Assembly: GCA_965218425.1 (NCBI GenBank)
Contig: OZ244621.1
Coordinates: 832,001 to 896,000, forward strand
DNA length: 64,000 nt
DNA from: an uncultured Candidatus Binatia bacterium
Lineage (GTDB): Bacteria; Desulfobacterota; Binatia; UBA9968; CAXXLF01
Reading direction: 5' to 3'
Under the pieces are notes generated by a model that had not been told where the DNA came from, made no database searches, and saw nothing but the letters and a program-made list of their open reading frames with translations. Each line of letters opens with the position of its first letter. Position 1 is the first letter of the stretch. Positions 1 to 9,465 of this stretch are shown one piece after another. The position numbers were made by a program, and so were the translations under genes.

Positions 1-222
1 CCATCGGGTATGGCCGATTCCGACGTTCCCTTGAAGGGGGCCCTGGCGGAGCATCCCTTCAAGATTTATGAGCTTACCTTCCGAACGGCGAATGGCCACC
101 TGGCCCCCATTGAGCACGGCGATGCCTGCGGAGTCGTACCCCCGATACTCGAGCTTTTTCAAGCTCTCTAGTATGATGGGTGCCGCCTCACGGGCGCCGA
201 TATATCCAACGATTCCACACAT
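1..222 (-). CDS. glmS: Glutamine--fructose-6-phosphate transaminase, N-terminal part (runs off window start)
   Basis: Manual minus-strand translation from ATG at 222: MCGIVGYIG...[10 protein letters not shown]...GIGHTRW; lies downstream of glmU. Not in the ORF track. Confidence 0.97.
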   Translation of the reverse strand, partial: MCGIVGYIGAREAAPIILESLKKLEYRGYDSAGIAVLNGGQVAIRRSEGKLINLEGMLRQGPLQGNVGIGHTRW

Positions 223-334
223 ATTGTCACTCGTGATTCTTTATTCGTCTATTCGTTGCTTGTTACTCGTTATCAGTCGATACTCGACTTGACCGGCTTC
301 GGTTACACGATTAACGAATAAACGATTAGCGCGG
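223..334. repeat. Degenerate heptamer tandem repeats (TCGTTAT-like) followed by inverted copies
   Basis: tcgtgat/tcgtctat/tcgttgc/ttgttac/tcgttat, then acgatta/acgaata/aacgatt. Confidence 0.7.
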
Positions 335-1723
335 TTATTTTATTTTGTGTTTTTCCCTGAACCTTTGCACCCAGCCCTTCACATGCTTCTGTGCCACCCG
401 GCTCACAGCCAGCGCCCCGGCGGGAACATTCTGGGTAACGGTAGTTCCAGCACCCACATAGGCATCGTCCCCCACCACCACTGGCGCCACCAGCTGGGTA
501 TGACTCCCGATTTGGACCCGATCCCCTATGGTGGTTTTGTGCTTTTCAAAACCGTCGTAATTGCATGTAATGGTCCCTGCGCCGATGTTCGTTTCCTCTC
601 CCAACTTTGAATCTCCGATATAGGTTAGATGGCTCGCCTTGGTTCCATTTCCAATGAATGAGTTCTTCACTTCCACGAAGTTACCAACCCGCACGTTATT
701 TCTTAGCACGGTCCCAGGGCGGAGATGGGAGAAGGGTCCAATCTCTGCTTTTTCCCCGATTTCACTGTCGGTGATAACAACGGAGAACTTTAGGTGGGAT
801 TGCTTCCCGAAGCGGCTATCCGTGATGTAGGCATTGCCATCGATCAGGCATCTCTCGCCCACCACAGTCCGTCCCATGAGATGGGTATTGGGCCCTATTA
901 CTGTGTCCTTTCCAATCTCGACCCCTTCATCAATATAAGTCGTTAGCGGATCCTTGAGGGTTACCCCGGACTCCATCCACCTACGGTTAATTTTTTCCTG
1001 CATGGCTCTTTCCATCATGGAGAGCTCCTCTCTGGTATTTACTCCCAACATTTCCCGTGGATCATCCACCCGTACCGTTCCCACACGTTCCCCGTTTCTA
1101 CAGGCGATCCCGACAATATGGGGCAGATAGTATTCACCCTGTCGGTTTACATTAGTCAACTCATCAAGGGCGGAATAGAGAAATTTCGGGGCGGCGACAT
1201 AGATGCCTGCATTCACTTCATGGATCTTTCTCTCAGCAGCACTTGCATCCTTGTCCTCTACTATTCCAGTTACCTCACCGTTGCTCCTCCTCAAGACCCT
1301 CCCATAACCGGAGGGATGGTCTAAACAGGCCGTCATGAGTGAAACCTTCGACCCATGATCCCGATGGTAACGAAGGAGTGTGGCTAGACTATCCTTCGTA
1401 ATGAATGGGACATCCCCGCTCAGGATCAAAAGATCACCAGGAAATCGACCCAAGGTTTCCCTGGTGCATTTAACGGCATGTCCCGTGCCAAGCTGTTCCT
1501 TCTGTGAAACCCAAATGATGTTTTCGTAGTCGCAGGCTTCCTGAACCCGCTCCGCACCATGCCCCACCACCACCACCACCTTTTTCGGATTCAAGCTCCG
1601 GCACACCCGTAGAGGGTACGAGATGAGAGGGGCACCACCCAGAGGATGCAATACCTTGGGAAGATCAGACCTCATCCGCTTACCCAGGCCAGCAGCCATC
1701 AAGATGACACCGAGTGACTCCAT
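335..1723 (-). CDS. glmU: Bifunctional UDP-GlcNAc pyrophosphorylase / glucosamine-1-phosphate N-acetyltransferase
   Basis: MAAGLGKRMRSDLPKVLH, QLGTGHAV, hexapeptide repeats, GAGTITCNYDG. Confidence 0.98.
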   Translation of the reverse strand: MESLGVILMAAGLGKRMRSDLPKVLHPLGGAPLISYPLRVCRSLNPKKVVVVVGHGAERVQEACDYENIIWVSQKEQLGTGHAVKCTRETLGRFPGDLLILSGDVPFITKDSLATLLRYHRDHGSKVSLMTACLDHPSGYGRVLRRSNGEVTGIVEDKDASAAERKIHEVNAGIYVAAPKFLYSALDELTNVNRQGEYYLPHIVGIACRNGERVGTVRVDDPREMLGVNTREELSMMERAMQEKINRRWMESGVTLKDPLTTYIDEGVEIGKDTVIGPNTHLMGRTVVGERCLIDGNAYITDSRFGKQSHLKFSVVITDSEIGEKAEIGPFSHLRPGTVLRNNVRVGNFVEVKNSFIGNGTKASHLTYIGDSKLGEETNIGAGTITCNYDGFEKHKTTIGDRVQIGSHTQLVAPVVVGDDAYVGAGTTVTQNVPAGALAVSRVAQKHVKGWVQRFREKHKIK

Positions 1724-1797
1724 GATCGTGAAACCAGAATACGGATTATAGCTGAAGTCCGGTAACCATCAAAGGGGCAAAGGGGTTTCAGCCCCCA

Positions 1798-2262
1798 TTA
1801 GTCAGGTCCGGGGGAGGAACTAAGGGAACTGTGACGAGACGATAGCGTTGCTTCCGCTTGTTCGAGAATGGATCGTACCTCTTCAACCAAAAGGTCGGGG
1901 GTTGGAAGCTCCCCCACGTGGAGGGCGCTCCCATTGATGATGATGGACGCGGGGCTGATGCCCAGAAAAAGGGTTCTCAGAAAAGGTCCTAAAGGGGGAC
2001 GATACTTGTGATAATCCGCAAACAGGACAGGGATGAGATAGAGGCCGTTTCGGGGGTCCACCACCTCTATTTCTACCCGATGGTCAAACTCACGTCGCAG
2101 GACCAGGTAGAGCTTCCCCACCCGATCCATGATCGATCTGATCATTGTGTAGTCGGGAATCTCTCGGGATCCAAAGGCATCGATTCCCTCAAGGGTCCCC
2201 GCACAATTGCTACAGGTTAACGTTTCGGCATTTTCTCTAACAAGGATAATTCTAGGTTTCAT
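1798..2262 (-). CDS. Hypothetical CstA-associated protein with N-terminal CxxC, possibly thioredoxin-like fold
   Basis: 154-aa ORF starting 9 nt after the cstA stop with a GAAGGGG RBS; TCSNC motif; EVVDPRN segment. Confidence 0.7.
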   Translation of the reverse strand: MKPRIILVRENAETLTCSNCAGTLEGIDAFGSREIPDYTMIRSIMDRVGKLYLVLRREFDHRVEIEVVDPRNGLYLIPVLFADYHKYRPPLGPFLRTLFLGISPASIIINGSALHVGELPTPDLLVEEVRSILEQAEATLSSRHSSLSSSPGPD

Positions 2263-2271
2263 CCCCTTCCC

Positions 2272-3972
2272 TTACCCCCCAACCGGCACCTTTTCCGCCC
2301 GCCCGTTGGCTCTCAAGATCCCGACTGCCTTCACGACCATGTATAAGGCGCTGACCAGAATCAATACCCCGATTGCAAAGAGGCCCCAATTTCCTTTCAG
2401 CCCAAAATCCTTCAACGTTAAAAGCATGGCCCAGCAAGTCATAAACAGCAGTATCGCCATGGGAGTCAATGTGTATGCTACGGGCCTCTTCAGCCTGACC
2501 AGAAAGACGCTAATCACCAGAAGGGCCAGACTAGCAAGCAACTGGTTGGTCGTACCAAAGAGGGGCCAGATCACAAGACCGCCGGCACCCTTACCGTCGT
2601 ACAGCGCCAGCACTCCGGTGGTCACAACAGCGATGAGAGTGGCAATCCATCCCTTCTTCAGTGCCGCAAGGCTCATCATTTCGCCGAACTCCGCCGTTAC
2701 ATACTTCTGCAGTCTAAGACCAGTGTCCATGGTGGTGGCTGCGAAACTCACCACCACAACGGCGGCAAAGGTGGCGCCCAAGGTCCGGGAGACACCGAAC
2801 CCTTGGTATAGAAAATGGCTAATCCCATCCACGAAAGCACTGACCTTGGCTCCAAGACCAGCAGCCCCTCCCCAAGTGGCATAGTGCTCATTCCAAGCAG
2901 CCATAGAGGCAAAACCACCGGCACAGGCCAGTATCGCCACCAGGGCGAGGCTTCCTTCCCCCAAAGACCCTAAATAACCCACCGGCCGCGCGTCCGTCTC
3001 CTTATCCAGTTGTTTGGAAGTTGTCCCGGAAGACACGATTGAATGAAATCCGGATATGGCGCCGCAGGCAATGGTAATGAAGATGAAGGGAATTATCATG
3101 GGAGCCCCAGGCGGATTGACACGAACCGCAGGGGCCACCAGAGTCAAGCCTTCCGAGGTGAAGGTGCCGATGATGACTGCCAGGAAAACCACCGTCAACC
3201 CAATATAAAGCTGATGCCCGTTCAGGTAGTCCCTTGGCTGGAGGAGAACCCATACGGGCAGCAGGGTAGAGATCATACCGTAACCAAGTAATATCAAGAC
3301 CCAGGTCACCACGGGACTCCCCAGTGCCGGGACCTTCACCTCCCACCCATAGGCTGACGCCAGGATGACAAAAAGGTACATGATGGCCACAGCGGCCACA
3401 GAAGGGAGAAGAACTCCGGCGCCCTTATGTTTATAAATTAGCCATCCAATGCCGAGGGCCAATGGTATTTCCACAAAAATTGGCACCACCGACATTGGGT
3501 AGCGGATAAACAGGGCTGCAATGACCAGAGCAAAGACGGCGTTTACCATCAAGACCAAGAAGTAAATGACGATAAGAAACAACAACCTGGCCCGGTGTCC
3601 AATGAGATCGGCCGTGAGATGGCCAATGGAGCGCCCCTTATGTCTACCGGACACCCAAATGCTACCAAAATCATGGGCCCCAGAAGCAAAGATGCTACCA
3701 ACGACGACCCACAAAAAGGCCGGCACCCATCCCCAAATCATCGCTATGGCCGGTCCCACGATGGGCGCCGCGCCTGCAACGGAAACAAAATGGTGGCCCA
3801 TCAGGATATGTTTATGGGTGGGTACGTACTCGACTCCGTCCTCCAGTTCATGTGCGGGTGTTTTGAAATTGGGATCCAGACGGTAGATCTTTTCGGCCAA
3901 GAACTTCGAATAGAAACGATAGGCGAGATAGAAAAGACCTAGCCCGACAAGAACCAAAATGATGGCTGGCAT
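2272..3972 (-). CDS. cstA: Carbon starvation protein A family transporter
   Basis: TPAHELEDGVEYVPT, GHHFVSVAGAAPIVGP, IACGAISGFH, WPLFGTTNQLLA; AAGGAGG RBS. Confidence 0.96.
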   Translation of the reverse strand: MPAIILVLVGLGLFYLAYRFYSKFLAEKIYRLDPNFKTPAHELEDGVEYVPTHKHILMGHHFVSVAGAAPIVGPAIAMIWGWVPAFLWVVVGSIFASGAHDFGSIWVSGRHKGRSIGHLTADLIGHRARLLFLIVIYFLVLMVNAVFALVIAALFIRYPMSVVPIFVEIPLALGIGWLIYKHKGAGVLLPSVAAVAIMYLFVILASAYGWEVKVPALGSPVVTWVLILLGYGMISTLLPVWVLLQPRDYLNGHQLYIGLTVVFLAVIIGTFTSEGLTLVAPAVRVNPPGAPMIIPFIFITIACGAISGFHSIVSSGTTSKQLDKETDARPVGYLGSLGEGSLALVAILACAGGFASMAAWNEHYATWGGAAGLGAKVSAFVDGISHFLYQGFGVSRTLGATFAAVVVVSFAATTMDTGLRLQKYVTAEFGEMMSLAALKKGWIATLIAVVTTGVLALYDGKGAGGLVIWPLFGTTNQLLASLALLVISVFLVRLKRPVAYTLTPMAILLFMTCWAMLLTLKDFGLKGNWGLFAIGVLILVSALYMVVKAVGILRANGRAEKVPVGG

Positions 3973-4349
3973 TGAGCGTCCTCCTTAAGTCCGTTGGGAA
4001 CATCGGCTCCGCAAGATCCTCCCGAGGCGTGTTCTTCCATCACCGCATTTTTCCCTGGACTGCAAGGCCCCTCGCAAATTGTGATCTGCTGAAGAGCGTT
4101 TATCTTTCCCGATCTTTGCTATTTTCAATCGCCAACCTCGCATAGCGGTCCACAAACACCCGAGGCAGATTGCCCGTACAATGCCACTTTGCCAGGAAAA
4201 TGGCAAGAACTGCGAGTGGTCTGGTAATGGCCCAATCTTGTCTTCCCTCGTTTTACGCTCATGCTAATTTTATTGAGAATAGGCCGTGAACTCTTTTCCT
4301 GTCTCGACGGTTCCATGAGTGGGCCGCTAACAACCCGGCGCCTATTGCC

Positions 4350-4378
4350 TTGACAGCATCAGGCGAACTTGCTAGAAA
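4350..4378 (+). promoter_or_regulatory. Putative sigma70 promoter for the HTH gene
   Basis: TTGACA-17 nt-TAGAAA. Confidence 0.5.
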
Positions 4379-4423
4379 GCGGGATTTAAGTACTGGCTTG
4401 AGGAGGCTGAAAGGGAGACCAGG

Positions 4424-4618
4424 ATGCTCGAATGGGAAGAAGGGCTGTTGAACAGCAGGGATGTCGCCAGGATCTTGGACATGAGCCCAGACACGGTGAA
4501 TGAGTTTGCACGCAAGAACATACTGCCCGCCTTTAAGCAGGGGAAGCAGTGGCGGTTTTTTAAAAAAGATGTTTTCTACTTTAACAAGAAACAGACAAGG
4601 GAGATCCAAGCTGCTTGA
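4424..4618 (+). CDS. Small excisionase-like helix-turn-helix (HTH_17-type) DNA-binding protein
   Basis: LLNSRDVARILDMSPDTVNEFARKNILPAFKQGKQWRF pattern; GGGAG RBS. Confidence 0.85.
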   Translation: MLEWEEGLLNSRDVARILDMSPDTVNEFARKNILPAFKQGKQWRFFKKDVFYFNKKQTREIQAA

Positions 4619-4663
4619 CCCCCGTTAAGGTGGGTATAGACGACTTGGGCTGTGGTTGGGTTC

Positions 4664-5368
4664 ATGGCTGAAACAGGGGCGCACGAAAGTAAGCTCTACT
4701 CGAATCTCGCACCGCTTTACGACAAAATCTTCGGCAAGATTTTCTACTCTCGCCTGAATTACGTCATTAACACTCTCAAGCTTCCACGGGGTGCCAAGGT
4801 GCTAGAGCTGGGCGTCGGCACGGGCACTTCCTTCCCGGCCTATCCGAGTCACTGTAATGTCATTGGAGTTGACTTGGCGCCGGACATGTTGGCCCATGCC
4901 AGAACCAAAATCCAAAACAACGGCTGGACTCACTTGAAAGTCCTGAAGATGGATGCCCTGCACTTGGATTTCCCCGACGATTCTTTCGACTATGTCATGG
5001 CCTTTCACGTGGTGACTGTGGTTCCGGATCCCATCAGGATGATGGATGAGGCCCAGCGGGTCTGCCGGCCCGGGGGAAAGATCGTCATCGTAAATCATTT
5101 CACCAGTACGTCTCCCATCCTGGGCAGTCTCACCGAGGCCTTAGACCCCGTAACCCGGCGACTCGGCTGGAGGACCGACCTCAAACTGGACCCTTTTGTC
5201 CAAACAACACAGCTCAAGATTGACAAGGTCTATAAACTCTCAAAGCTGTCTCTCTATACCGTCCTAGAGAGCTGCAACGAGAAGAACGGCGATTCACAAC
5301 CCACCATGTCCACTGGGCGAACCTCTTCCCCTTCTCAACCTTCCGCTAGATCCCAGGGACATTCCTAG
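4664..5368 (+). CDS. Class I SAM-dependent methyltransferase, PmtA-like phospholipid N-methyltransferase
   Basis: YSNLAPLYDKIFG, VLELGVGTG, VVTVVPDP, IVIVNHF; start placed at ATG 4664. Confidence 0.85.
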   Translation: MAETGAHESKLYSNLAPLYDKIFGKIFYSRLNYVINTLKLPRGAKVLELGVGTGTSFPAYPSHCNVIGVDLAPDMLAHARTKIQNNGWTHLKVLKMDALHLDFPDDSFDYVMAFHVVTVVPDPIRMMDEAQRVCRPGGKIVIVNHFTSTSPILGSLTEALDPVTRRLGWRTDLKLDPFVQTTQLKIDKVYKLSKLSLYTVLESCNEKNGDSQPTMSTGRTSSPSQPSARSQGHS

Positions 5369-5484
5369 ACTTGAGGGAACCCGCTTTCTGGAGGAGCGCC
5401 CTAACCCAGTCCCCAGAAGATTTTAAACTTTCTCTTGCGAAATTCTTCCGCCCCCAACAAGTAAATGAGCACAAACCAGCGATC

Positions 5485-5691
5485 CTATTCGGTGGTTCCC
5501 CCCGTGTCGTTTTTTTTGGTGTGATTTTCTTGCTTCGTGATCTCTTCTGAATCCTCTCCACCGACCCCTCTCTTGAAGTCCCGAATGGCCTTACCCAATC
5601 CACTACCGATTTGGGGCAACTTTCCGGGTCCAAAAATGATCAATGCAACGACTAAGATGATCAACAGCTCTTGAAATCCCAGCCCAAACAT
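5485..5691 (-). CDS. tatA: Twin-arginine translocase TatA/TatE subunit
   Basis: MFGLGFQELLIILVVALIIFGPGKLPQIGSGLGKAIRDFK; AAGGAGG RBS. Confidence 0.95.
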   Translation of the reverse strand: MFGLGFQELLIILVVALIIFGPGKLPQIGSGLGKAIRDFKRGVGGEDSEEITKQENHTKKNDTGGTTE

Positions 5692-5799
5692 TGACCCTCC
5701 TTAAATGGTCAAACCTGTGGCAATGATGCCAAGCCTTGCGCCTCTGGTTAGCATAGCAAATTTACCCAGGGCTTTTAACCACCATCCAATCAGCCGCAA

Positions 5800-6237
5800 G
5801 TGGGTGGTAACGGTGGGATTCAAACCCTAACTGCAATGGTGCGGGGCATCGCCCTTGGAGAGCTGGCTTTTTCCACCACCTGGCGAGCTGTGCTCAAAGA
5901 GATAACGGTGGGAATTGCCATGGGGTTCATTATCGGCAGTCTCATGGCCAATATAGCCTTTCTGTGGAAGGGCAATCCCATGCTCGGGTTTGTCCTGGCA
6001 ATGGCCATGGTGATCAACTTCCTCGTGGCATCCCTGGCTGGCACATTAATTCCTCTTGTGCTGAAGCAATTGAACCTAGACCCGGCCCTGGGATCCGGCG
6101 TTGTGGTCACCACCTTTACCGACGTCTCTGGCTTTCTCTCGTTCCCGGGGCTGGCAACCATATTTCTCCGTTACCTGACCCGAGCCCCGCCCACTGATTC
6201 ACCCGCGATGTTCTTTCACCCTTTCAATGGAGGGTAA
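5800..6237 (+). pseudogene. mgtE: C-terminal membrane fragment of Mg2+ transporter MgtE
   Basis: GGNGGIQTLTAMVRGIALGE and DPALGSGVVVTTFTD; N-terminal and CBS domains and first TM helices absent; 3' end overlaps purN. Confidence 0.8.
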
Positions 6238-6875
6238 ATCAACACTCCATCCTCACCATCGAGACCGTCCACCGCCACCCTCTGTCCCACCACGTGGAGC
6301 CGGCCCTCACTGTAGAGCTGGATGGCCTTCGGATAAATGCGATGTTCTTCCTTGAGGATGCGGGCACTGAGGGACTCTTCAGAATCATCGGGAAAAACGG
6401 GGACCACGGCTTGAATAATGATGGGGCCCTGATCACACTCCTCATTGATGAAGTGTACGGTACAGCCGGAGAATCGAACCCCAGCCTCCACTGCCTTGCG
6501 CTGCACATGGAGTCCAGGAAACGCAGGCAATAACGCGGGGTGGATGTTCATGATTCGATTAGAAAAGGCCCGCACAAAATCAGCGGAGAGAAGCCGCATA
6601 AAACCGGCAAGGGCCACAAGCTCCACGTGTCGGCTTTGCAATCGTTCAATTAAGTGCTGATCAAAGGACTCCCGAGTGGAAAATTCACGATGGTCAACGG
6701 TTTCCGTGGGAACGCCGTGCTTCTGGGCCCGAACGAGTCCATAGGCATCCGCACGATTGCTAATCACCACGCGAATCTCGGCATGGAGCTTCCTTTTCTC
6801 AATGGCATCGATGATTGCCTGGAGATTACTCCCGTTACCCGAGATCAATATTCCCAAAGGAACTTTCTCCGCCAT
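6216..6875 (-). CDS. purN: Phosphoribosylglycinamide formyltransferase
   Basis: ISGNGSNLQAIID, LAGFMRLL, NIHPALLPAFPG, GCTVHF. Confidence 0.98.
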   Translation of the reverse strand: MAEKVPLGILISGNGSNLQAIIDAIEKRKLHAEIRVVISNRADAYGLVRAQKHGVPTETVDHREFSTRESFDQHLIERLQSRHVELVALAGFMRLLSADFVRAFSNRIMNIHPALLPAFPGLHVQRKAVEAGVRFSGCTVHFINEECDQGPIIIQAVVPVFPDDSEESLSARILKEEHRIYPKAIQLYSEGRLHVVGQRVAVDGLDGEDGVLIYPPLKG

Positions 6876-6879
6876 GGCC

Positions 6880-7923
6880 TTAGGGGGTCAATGCGACTCC
6901 CCTCGCTCCTTTTTTTATTTCCCCGATTAGAAAATACCTTTGCCCCATGCTTTTGAGAGACCGCTCTACCGCGCTTATCTCACGTTTCCCAACAATCAGG
7001 ATCATGCCGAGACCGTTATTGAACGTAGCGTCCATTTCCTTCTGGGAGAGACCACCCGACTTTCGAATCAAATCAAAAATCGGTGGTACCGGCCAGCTCC
7101 CTCGACGAACCCAAGCCCTTGTGCCCGGCGGCAATATCCTGGACAGATTTCCGGGTATTCCACCGCCGGTGATATGAGCAATGCCTTTGACCCTATGCCG
7201 TCGAAGCAACGATTGGATCACCTTGGCGTAAATGGCCGTAGGCTCCAGTAAGGACTCACCCAGGGTCTGCCCTAGATCCGGCACCCGCATCTTGAGTTTC
7301 ATTTTCTTAGAGTCCAGAAGAACCTTGCGGGCCAGGGAATAACCATTACTGTGCAGTCCACTGGAGGGCAAACCCAGGAGGTGGTCACCCGGGGCACAAG
7401 AGGACTGTTTAGGGATTCGATCCCGCTCCACTACCCCAACGGCGAAACCTGCTAGGTCATACTCTCCGTCGGAGTAGAAAGAAGGCATCTCCGCGGTCTC
7501 GCCACCCGTAAGAACACACCCGGCGCGGCTGCATCCCTCAGCGACTCCACGAATCACCTGAAGGGCCACCTTCGGCTTGAGCTTGCCGGTGGCAAAGTAA
7601 TCCAGAAAAAAGAGGGGCTCTGCGCCCTGGGTCAAGATATCATTGACACTCATGGCCACCAGGTCGATCCCCACAGTATGATGAACACCCATCATAAACG
7701 CGATCTTGAGCTTTGTACCAACCCCATCCGTAGAGGAAACCAGTATCGGATGCCTAAATTTGTGACTCTTTAAATCGAAGAGCCCGCCGAAACCGCCGAT
7801 CTCCGACATAAGACCGCGGCGGACAGTCCTGCGCGCAATGGATCGAATGGAGCTCACCAGGCGATCCGCCGCTGAGATATCAACCCCAGCTTTCTTATAG
7901 GTCATTCTCGGTGGCATGGTCAT
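6880..7923 (-). CDS. purM: Phosphoribosylformylglycinamidine cyclo-ligase
   Basis: TYKKAGVDI, STDGVGTK, GGETAEMP, SSGLHSNGYSL, HITGGG. Confidence 0.98.
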   Translation of the reverse strand: MTMPPRMTYKKAGVDISAADRLVSSIRSIARRTVRRGLMSEIGGFGGLFDLKSHKFRHPILVSSTDGVGTKLKIAFMMGVHHTVGIDLVAMSVNDILTQGAEPLFFLDYFATGKLKPKVALQVIRGVAEGCSRAGCVLTGGETAEMPSFYSDGEYDLAGFAVGVVERDRIPKQSSCAPGDHLLGLPSSGLHSNGYSLARKVLLDSKKMKLKMRVPDLGQTLGESLLEPTAIYAKVIQSLLRRHRVKGIAHITGGGIPGNLSRILPPGTRAWVRRGSWPVPPIFDLIRKSGGLSQKEMDATFNNGLGMILIVGKREISAVERSLKSMGQRYFLIGEIKKGARGVALTP

Positions 7924-8078
7924 CTTTCCTGTTGATTCCCACCTATCATCGCAATCTCATTTCTTCCATATCTCGCCACCGGAAGCAATTCCAGCGGTAT
8001 TCTCCTACATTTGGAGGGGTTTTCCTGTGGATGCCAAAGCGATATAGTTAAGGTGTTCCTGTCGGTACTAGATTACGA

Positions 8079-9346
8079 TGACCTTGCCCCCTAAAACGAG
8101 TCCAGGTGAAATGTTAGGGATTTTGATTTTAGGAAGGAGGCAAGGATGGCAAGAAAGCGATTTACGGCCGAGCAGATTATCCTCAAGCTGCGTGAGGCGG
8201 AGGTGAGCTTGGCCCAAGGGAAGGCGGTGGGCCAGGTGTGCAAGCAGGTGGGGGTAACCGTGCAGACCTACTACCGGTGGAGGAAGGAATATGGAGGCCT
8301 GAAGATGGATCAGGCCAAGAGGCTCAAGGCCTTGGACAAGGAGAATGCGCGGTTGAAGAAGCTGGTGGCGGATCTATCGCTGGACAACCAGATCCTGAAG
8401 GAAGTGTCCTCGGGAAACTTCTAGGCCCGGCGAAGAGGAGACGAGCGGTGATATGGGCCAGAGAAAGATTGGGACCTGATCGAGTCTCCGAACGCCGGGC
8501 TTGCCAAGTGTTGGGACAGCCGCGATCGACGCAACGAAGAGTCCGAGAGATCCCGGAAGAGGAAGCAAGACTAGTGGCTCGGATGATGGAGCTGGCCAGC
8601 GAATACGGGCGATACGGCTACCGGAGGATTACGGCCATGCTGCGTGGGGAGGGGTGGAAGGTCAACCACAAGCGAGTGGAGAGGCTCTGGAGGCAGGAAG
8701 GGCTGAAAGTCCTCAGCCGTCAGCCTAAGCGAGGGAGGCTCCGGTTGACTGATGGCTCCTGCATTCGCCTGAGACCGGCGCATCGAAACCATGTGTGGAG
8801 TTATGACTTCGTGCACGAGCGAACCGAAGACGGTCGGGCCTTTCGGCTGTTGAGCATCCTGGATGAATACACCCGGGAGTGCTTGGCGATTGATGTGGCC
8901 AGACGGATGAATCACCGGGATGTGCTGGAACGGTTAGCGGAGCTATTCGTGGAACGGGGCGTGCCGCAGTCCCTTCGGTCCGACAATGGCCCCGAGTTTA
9001 CGGCTCAGGCTATCCGGGACTGGCTCAAGGCCATTGGTGTCAGGACACTCTACATCGAGCCTGGCAGTCCTTGGGAGAATGGCTACGTGGAGAGTTTTAA
9101 CGGAAAACTCAGGGATGAGCTGCTCAACCGGGAGGTGTTTGAAACCCTGAGGGAAGCTCAGGTGCTGATCGAAAGATGGAGAAGAGAGTATAACCAGCGG
9201 CGGCCTCACAGCGCCCTGGGCTATCGTTCTCCGGCACCGGAGGCCTTTCTGCCCAGAGCGCAGGCTGGGAATTCATCCCCATGGGCTGGACTCCAGATAA
9301 TTCCGGCTCTAACTTAAAGGGTGGTACCACTCCTGGGGGCAGGTCA
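8079..9346 (+). mobile_element. IS3-family insertion sequence (IS407-like group), apparently intact, 1268 bp
   Basis: TG...CA ends; IRL TGACCTTGCCCCCT vs IRR (reverse complement) TGACCTGCCCCCA; ACGA duplicated at 8075-8078 and 9347-9350. Confidence 0.95.
8146..9317 (+). CDS. IS3-family transposase OrfAB (OrfA 8146-8424; OrfB in the -1 frame, programmed frameshift)
   Basis: OrfA HTH/leucine zipper; Orf[27 protein letters not shown] (DDE); slippery G-GGA-AAC at 8412-8418. Confidence 0.93.
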
Positions 9347-9465
9347 ACGAGCCGGGCATTTTAACCCCTTTGAAGTTGTTAAAGTTAGTTTGTTGAGCGA
9401 AAATATCCGTATTTCTGTTAGAACCACTAATTCGTAGTATTACGCTTTGGCATATCAATTACGCG

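Noticed and set aside
223..334. glmS ribozyme upstream of glmS
   Set aside because: No recognisable ribozyme core; the spacer is made of heptamer repeats.
4185..4220. Sigma54 -24/-12 promoter
   Set aside because: TGGCA is present on both strands but there is no TTGC at the required spacing.
4424..4618. Prophage or ICE boundary
   Set aside because: No integrase, att repeats or phage genes nearby.
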